Source: a virus
Taxonomy: Duplodnaviria; Caudoviricetes
Length of the DNA stretch: 64,000 nt
Virus record (IMG/VR): IMGVR_UViG_2623621019_000004
Coordinates: 5,054 to 69,053 of that record
Reading direction: 5' to 3' (one strand)
This document shows, in pieces, positions 59,075 through 64,000 of this stretch. Numbering within the stretch: position 1 is the stretch's first letter; every line of letters starts with the position of its first letter. The position numbers were made by a program, and so were the translations under genes. Below the pieces are notes generated by a model. The model was not told the origin of the DNA and ran no database searches. It worked only from the letters and a program-made list of their open reading frames with translations.

Positions 59075-59812
59075 CTAATCTTCTTTAAATTGTAAGTATT
59101 GAGTTAAATTTCTAAGTTCTGCCCAACGCAGGAACTCTGTCAGGAGTCTGCGATTGTCCTGCTCCATCGTGGGATAGCGATAGCAGGTGATTGCTGGCTC
59201 GTATCGGTGCAGATTCAAACCCCGAACGTCGTAGCCATGCTTCTTCTCGTCGTAATCATCAAAGATGAAGAGGTCGAAGTGGAATGTATCGAGGCCGAAC
59301 AGCTCCAAGTAGTATCGCCACTGACATGAGTTCATATAATCCTCGTCTGAGAATTTTGCGCTGTACTTGGTCTTGATGTCACGAATCTCTGTTGTGCAGA
59401 GCATATCAGCGCAGCCTGTTACGATGCAATCCCCGTAGTCCTTAAACTCGCGTACCTCATGGAATACGCAGGGATACTGCTCTCGATAGGCTAATGCCAC
59501 CTTTACTTGGTCATCATCGAGTATAACCTGATGTCCGTCAACATCGTATGAGTAGCCACATGGAACTGGCTCCTCTTTGGGCTTCCTATAATATAGATAG
59601 GTGCGAACGCCTGCATCGACTTTCTGACATTCAGGTGTCCCCTCTTCTACTATGCGGTGAAATGCTGTGCCGACACGGGTCTTTACATTACCATCAAAAG
59701 AGATTATCGAATCAATGACCGACTGCTCTGTTATCTCGAAGAAAGAGCGTTCCGACTGCTCTATATAACGTCGGAACGACTCTATTGTTGTTACTCGGAT
59801 AACTGGCTTCAT
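59075..59812 (-). CDS. PD-(D/E)xK exonuclease (Cas4-like)
   Basis: GTAFH, G.AD, DIKT, QWRYY. Confidence 0.75.
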   Translation of the reverse strand: MKPVIRVTTIESFRRYIEQSERSFFEITEQSVIDSIISFDGNVKTRVGTAFHRIVEEGTPECQKVDAGVRTYLYYRKPKEEPVPCGYSYDVDGHQVILDDDQVKVALAYREQYPCVFHEVREFKDYGDCIVTGCADMLCTTEIRDIKTKYSAKFSDEDYMNSCQWRYYLELFGLDTFHFDLFIFDDYDEKKHGYDVRGLNLHRYEPAITCYRYPTMEQDNRRLLTEFLRWAELRNLTQYLQFKED

Positions 59813-60699
59813 GCTGCAGCCTGATATTTGTTCTCTTCCTTGTTGTAGGTGAGTCCCTTTGCCTTGGCTTTCTTGTTAACCTCGGCAGCGAATGCCTTTC
59901 GATATACAGCGGGCAGCTTCATGCGGGCCTCCAAGCAAGCATCGAAATCTTCGGGATTGAGTGCTGCGTCGAGATCGTCACGAAGAGACACAAGCAGCTC
60001 ATTAGCAGCCTTGGTAGCCTCAGAGTTCGACTGAATGGCTTTCTTTACATCCGAAACGATGCCAGCCATGAAGGTTGGGAACTCTTCTGAGGTGCAGTCG
60101 GGAACCTCTTTGGTATCGAGCTTTGCGACGTTCTTTCCGACGAAGCAATCCTGTGGCTCGAACTTGATAACACGTTTGCCATTTTCCTTGCAAACGTAAC
60201 CAACTTGGTCAGCGATACGGATAAGCAAGTCCTTAGACTGGCCTGTGCAATCAGGAGAGTGCTTAGTGTTATCACCATCCTTCTCTTCCTTATCGTGACA
60301 GATGAAAATAAGGTCTGCGCCGCTGTTGCGGATGGTGTTGACAAACAGCTTGAAATCGTCAGCCATGCGACCGAAACGCTTCAGCGAGTTATAGGCCAGC
60401 TTAGGGTCTTGCTGAACTGCGTAGGCTGACAGATAATCATCGAGCATAGCCTTGGCTGTGTCTACGACGATTGTTTTGTAACCCTTGAGGGTGTTAGTCT
60501 CGTTAGTGATGTCCTGCCAGTTGTTAGCAACGAGGGTGTCTACGCGCTGAACTGCGCGGTCGAAACCTCTGTCGGTATCAACGAGAACGGGATTCTCTGC
60601 TGTAGTTGATACTGATGTCTTTCCTGTTCCTGGAGTTCCGTAAAGTACAATAATAACTGGACGTTCTGGTGTTACGTCGTTTTTCTTGATAATTGCCAT
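59809..60699 (-). CDS. Sak4-like AAA ATPase recombinase
   Basis: YGTPGTGKT, DTDRG, IVVDT, ICH, DQVGY. Confidence 0.8.
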   Translation of the reverse strand: MAIIKKNDVTPERPVIIVLYGTPGTGKTSVSTTAENPVLVDTDRGFDRAVQRVDTLVANNWQDITNETNTLKGYKTIVVDTAKAMLDDYLSAYAVQQDPKLAYNSLKRFGRMADDFKLFVNTIRNSGADLIFICHDKEEKDGDNTKHSPDCTGQSKDLLIRIADQVGYVCKENGKRVIKFEPQDCFVGKNVAKLDTKEVPDCTSEEFPTFMAGIVSDVKKAIQSNSEATKAANELLVSLRDDLDAALNPEDFDACLEARMKLPAVYRKAFAAEVNKKAKAKGLTYNKEENKYQAAA

Positions 60700-60717
60700 A
60701 AATCTAAATTTTATCTA

Positions 60718-60906
60718 TTAATTACTATGTTTGTTATCCTTCCAATTGTTAGCCTTGAAAACAAATTTTCGTGCTTCTTCTTTAGATGCAAAATCGTCTA
60801 CAAAATCGTCTATAGTGCATCCGTTAGTAGTTTTGCCTCTCTTCCATACTCCCCACGAACTTCTGTGGGGAGCATAGTAGAGTTGGCCCTCTTTGACATT
60901 ATACAT
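60718..60906 (-). CDS. Hypothetical protein
   Basis: MYNVKEGQ..., coupled to upstream gene. Confidence 0.6.
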   Translation of the reverse strand: MYNVKEGQLYYAPHRSSWGVWKRGKTTNGCTIDDFVDDFASKEEARKFVFKANNWKDNKHSN

Positions 60907-61357
60907 CCTTTTCGGGCAAAATTTCGTAAACATCAAGGATTTGGGTTTCCTGCACTGAGCAAGAAACGTAATCAATCATGGTATTCTTCATCACCTCGTC
61001 GATGTTCTTGATAGCACCATTGATAGATGATGCCTGCACCAAATAGTTGACGGTTGAACGTTTCTCCTTCTCGGTTTTCTCGTCAATTGTGATGAACTGA
61101 AGCTTTGCCTTGTACCACTTGTCATCGAGGTTGTTATCGGAAAAGAAAATCTCTTTGAATGGGCATATTGTCAGGGCTGCTACTTCAAACTGGCCACTGA
61201 TATAGGATGACATTTCCTTTGTTATGTTTGCCTCTGCCTCGGTAAAGCTAAGGGCACTCACAACAAACTGCTCGGTTACTTTCTTTTCGGTTCCATCCTC
61301 TGTTGTCTTTTCGTACTTGATCTTGCAGAGGAACCACATTGCTGTTCTACTTCTCAT
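60899..61357 (-). CDS. DUF4494-like protein
   Basis: WFLCKIKYEK..EDG..KKVTE...ALSFTEAE...KWYKAKL...ET.ILDVY. Confidence 0.8.
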   Translation of the reverse strand: MRSRTAMWFLCKIKYEKTTEDGTEKKVTEQFVVSALSFTEAEANITKEMSSYISGQFEVAALTICPFKEIFFSDNNLDDKWYKAKLQFITIDEKTEKEKRSTVNYLVQASSINGAIKNIDEVMKNTMIDYVSCSVQETQILDVYEILPEKDV

Positions 61358-62148
61358 TATTTTGTTATTTTATAGGTTAAATAATCCTTTGACTTTGCCA
61401 TATTCTTGCTGATATGAAATACGTTGTAGTCTCCCTCCCGCTCGAAGAATTTGTTGATGCGAGTAACAAGAGCCTTATTGCAGATAATGGTATTGCTATC
61501 GTTGTATTTGTGAGGGATACCATTCTCGTCGTTGGAGAATATGAAAAACAGAGCTTTCTCCTCGCCCAACTGTCCGACCTGCATATATTGCAGTTTAGAT
61601 TTGCGAATCTCGTCAGAGACAGTCTTATTGAAGGTCAAACAGTTGCTGCTACGTGTATTAATTGAAATCTCGTCATCCTTCAATCTGCGGGTGGTGCTTT
61701 TCTTAATGTCGAAGAACTTAAAGCCACTAAGAACCTGCTGCTCTTCTGTTGCACCATTACGAGGTGTTGTTGTTGCCTCTTCAGGAGCAGGCTTCTTTTT
61801 TCTCTCGAATGAAGGGCCATTCCACATCTCCAGTGGCTTAGAAGCCATCTTTGCGACCTTATTGGCTGCATATGCGCCATAAACGTTGCTGTTCTCGGTG
61901 GCATCCTTGAGACGCTTTTCCCATGCTTTCTCAAGACCGAACCAATAGTCGGGGCCATACTGAATAAGATTCTCAGGGAACTTGAATGCGTTTGAAATCA
62001 CATTATCCGAATCTACCTCTTTGAGATAATCCTCTACTGAGGTGGGATTGTCTGGAAAGGCATACTGACGATACATGCCTGAAAACATCTTTTCTGCTCC
62101 TTTCTCGGTAAGGAACTGCTTAAACAGATAAATGTTTGCTACTTTCAT
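61357..62148 (-). CDS. Hypothetical protein
   Basis: 263-aa ORF. Confidence 0.8.
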   Translation of the reverse strand: MKVANIYLFKQFLTEKGAEKMFSGMYRQYAFPDNPTSVEDYLKEVDSDNVISNAFKFPENLIQYGPDYWFGLEKAWEKRLKDATENSNVYGAYAANKVAKMASKPLEMWNGPSFERKKKPAPEEATTTPRNGATEEQQVLSGFKFFDIKKSTTRRLKDDEISINTRSSNCLTFNKTVSDEIRKSKLQYMQVGQLGEEKALFFIFSNDENGIPHKYNDSNTIICNKALVTRINKFFEREGDYNVFHISKNMAKSKDYLTYKITK

Positions 62149-62159
62149 TTAGTTTACTA

Positions 62160-62330
62160 TTATAGATTAATACTATTGTTACGTTTTTCGACTTTACGTT
62201 TAAGGATGCCAAGCTGACGGGCCACGTTGTATTCGCGTGGCTTGCGGGTGTCGGACTTGATGATGCCTACAGCTTTGTCTATCAGGGTCATCATAGATTT
62301 ATAATCAGTCTTGCTAATCTCTATCTGCAT
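62160..62330 (-). CDS. Small basic protein (MQIEISK...)
   Basis: Start placed downstream of the tRNA-like element. Confidence 0.6.
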   Translation of the reverse strand: MQIEISKTDYKSMMTLIDKAVGIIKSDTRKPREYNVARQLGILKRKVEKRNNSINL

Positions 62331-62345
62331 ACATTTACGTTTTAG

Positions 62346-62484
62346 TGGAAGAGAGGGACTCGAACCCCCATCTGCAAGACGTGGTGAAAAATACAATGGC
62401 ATTAATTGGTGTAAGTGTTCTCAGAAATTCATAGATGTTGTTACCTGCCACAATCTTTCCGCTCTACCATTGAGCTATTCTTCC
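62346..62484 (-). ncRNA. tRNA-like RNA with ~65-70-nt insertion in the anticodon loop
   Basis: GGAAGAA-TA-GCTCAATGGTAGAGC D arm; GGGGG-TTCGAGT-CCCTC T arm; TCTTCC-A acceptor; anticodon arm expanded. Confidence 0.75.
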
Positions 62485-62545
62485 GTGTGCCAGTACTAAG
62501 ACTGGCTTGGTTTGTATAACATTCATGCTTGAGGGATTTGAACCC

Positions 62546-62880
62546 CGTCCCCGCCTTTTCAGGGACATTACAATGATTTATATTGTGACGGAGTACCCGT
62601 CGTTAACTGTCTCTTAAAAAGAGCCGCGAACTTCCCAGTGGGCGGCTCACCATAACCAATGAATATAAGAAACCAAAATATTATATATTGAAACGAAAGT
62701 ATTCTTCTAAAGAAACCTGCGAACTTCACAGCGGGCAGGGTTTATCAATATGGTAAGAAAAATCAATAATTCCAAATCCAAAACCTCGCGGGCTTCACAG
62801 CAGACAAGGGTGTTATAGTTAACTTTGTATGAGTATTTATTTGAGATAAAGCCTGCGTCTCACGACGTTTTGAGGGGCTT
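62546..62880 (-). repeat. Array of GNRA-capped hairpins separated by U-rich spacers
   Basis: Hairpins at 62621-62648, 62716-62739, 62784-62809, 62849-62880 with loops GGGA/GUGA. Confidence 0.7.
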
Positions 62881-62890
62881 ATTTGCTATA

Positions 62891-63118
62891 TTAAGTTGCT
62901 TTCTGAAAATGCTGTCTACCAGAGACCGCTCCTGCCATAATGAGGTTATCAATTTCCTTCTTGATGTAGAAGATGGTATTACCAACCACTGAGTAGTGGA
63001 GCTTACCCTCATTGCGGCGATCCTTGAGCCAGTCCTTAGAGACTCCAAGGTACGCAGCGGCGTCCTTGTTAGAAATCCATAGACGATTGGTGTCAACCTT
63101 AGCGATTTTGATATCCAT
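62891..63118 (-). CDS. Excisionase-like HTH protein
   Basis: WISNKDAAAYLGVS..WL...R..G. Confidence 0.75.
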   Translation of the reverse strand: MDIKIAKVDTNRLWISNKDAAAYLGVSKDWLKDRRNEGKLHYSVVGNTIFYIKKEIDNLIMAGAVSGRQHFQKAT

Positions 63119-63257
63119 ACTTAATCTTTTTACCTTGGTGCTTAAATTGTGCGTGATGCTTTGTCCTCGCGATAGAGGAAAACCATAAGACCTAAACACG
63201 CAAAAGACATTATTGAAGATATGATGCAGTCCATACTATATTTACTCGATTCTTGTT

Positions 63258-63461
63258 TTATGCTACTCTTGTTACCTGAATAAGGCGAACTGCATTGAGT
63301 TGTTTTGTTTTAAAAACCTTCTTTTCGATGATTTTGATATTCGATGCAGTATTTTTAACAGAATTCATCATCTCTATTGGAAAGGCCGTTTTATCGCCTA
63401 TTTCCATGTTTTTAAGCGTTGGTGCAATACCTAAATCATTTTTTTTACTCTCTAAACTCAT
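63258..63461 (-). CDS. Cro-like small regulator
   Basis: First gene divergent from the repressor. Confidence 0.55.
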   Translation of the reverse strand: MSLESKKNDLGIAPTLKNMEIGDKTAFPIEMMNSVKNTASNIKIIEKKVFKTKQLNAVRLIQVTRVA

Positions 63462-63488
63462 TTTTTTACTGTTTTTATTTGCTTGTAT

Positions 63489-63628
63489 CGATATATTTAC
63501 TAATTTTGTACCGCAAAGGTAGTATATATACTCGATTTGCACAAGTGATTAACAGATTTTATCAAGTATAAAAACTCGATATATATCCAAATTAACGTTT
63601 AAAAACAATATATTAACGTAAATATACT
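63489..63628. promoter_or_regulatory. Lysis/lysogeny switch: operators and divergent promoters
   Basis: AGTATATATACTCG at 63521-63534, variants at 63489-63501, 63565-63578, 63617-63628; leftward -7 box TACCTTTG at 63514-63521. Confidence 0.75.
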
Positions 63629-63631
63629 ATT

Positions 63632-64000
63632 ATGACGAACAAATCTACAGTTAACCAACGTATGCAGCAAATCGTTGATTCAAAATTCGACGGTAAGAGG
63701 GCAGCTTTTGCAAAGTCTGTAGGAATCCCACCCACAAGCATGTCTAACTATTTTAAGAAACAATCAGCTATTCCCTCAGCTGAAATACTGGAGAAAATAG
63801 TCAATGCTGTCGACGTTAATGCTTATTGGCTCTTGACTGGCAAAGGAGACATGGATCAACCTAATAAGGCGTGCAAACGTTCCGCTCCTGATGTTCCAAG
63901 AATCAAAGTTTCCCTTGAACTTGACCTTACAATGGAAGAAATCAAGTGCTGGGGATTGGAAGATAAAATTTCAAAAATGATAAACTCAAATAACGAGTAA
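63632..64000 (+). CDS. CI-like HTH repressor
   Basis: XRE HTH (AFAKSVGIPPTSMSNY...PS...L.KI...VNAYWLLTGKG). Confidence 0.85.
   Translation: MTNKSTVNQRMQQIVDSKFDGKRAAFAKSVGIPPTSMSNYFKKQSAIPSAEILEKIVNAVDVNAYWLLTGKGDMDQPNKACKRSAPDVPRIKVSLELDLTMEEIKCWGLEDKISKMINSNNE

Larger units (their letters stand above)
1..64000. mobile_element. Temperate tailed phage/prophage of Bacteroidales (partial; both ends outside window)
   Basis: Terminase, portal, capsid, tail, tape measure, lysis, replication/recombination and CI/Cro modules; Bacteroidetes-type -33/-7 promoters; no host housekeeping genes. Confidence 0.95.

Noticed and set aside
59075-59812. Cas4-like nuclease as part of a CRISPR system
   Set aside because: It sits in a Sak4-SSB-NinB recombination cluster typical of phages
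1-64000. Stop-codon reassignment
   Set aside because: Long genes are intact under the standard bacterial code, TAG/TAA/TGA all end genes, and the tRNA has a normal Trp anticodon

Overview
The whole window is part of a temperate, long-tailed (siphovirus-like) phage or prophage of a Bacteroidales host, probably Prevotellaceae. This is inferred from the TAnnTTTG promoters, a T9SS-type C-terminal tail on a cargo protein, and DUF4494/DUF6633-like genes. No host genes or integrase are visible, so the genome continues past both edges. From left to right: (1) a leftward early region (1-6700) of small genes joined by a conserved stop-GTCTC-hairpin-TTTAACC junction, preceded by a hammerhead ribozyme and a ~700-nt structured non-coding segment; (2) a possible genome end/origin and a D5/SF3 helicase-RuvC operon; (3) an AT-rich moron block including a BspA-type LRR protein; (4) leftward TerL-portal-TerS; (5) tRNA-Trp and rightward head, neck and tail genes, including a frameshifted tail chaperone, a 2100-aa tape measure protein and a 3331-aa tail fibre; (6) holin, GH19 endolysin and a unimolecular-spanin-like protein; (7) morons including a Nudix hydrolase and an MlyI/PleI-like type IIS R-M pair; (8) a leftward replication/recombination operon; (9) an array of GNRA hairpins with antisense-like spacers ending in an interrupted tRNA-like RNA; (10) the Cro/CI switch. 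The most unusual signals are RNA-level: the hammerhead + long ncRNA + repeated junctions, the hairpin/antisense array with its tRNA scaffold, and a recurrent AGGATAAC leader motif. All family assignments come from motif recognition by eye; no database searches were run.
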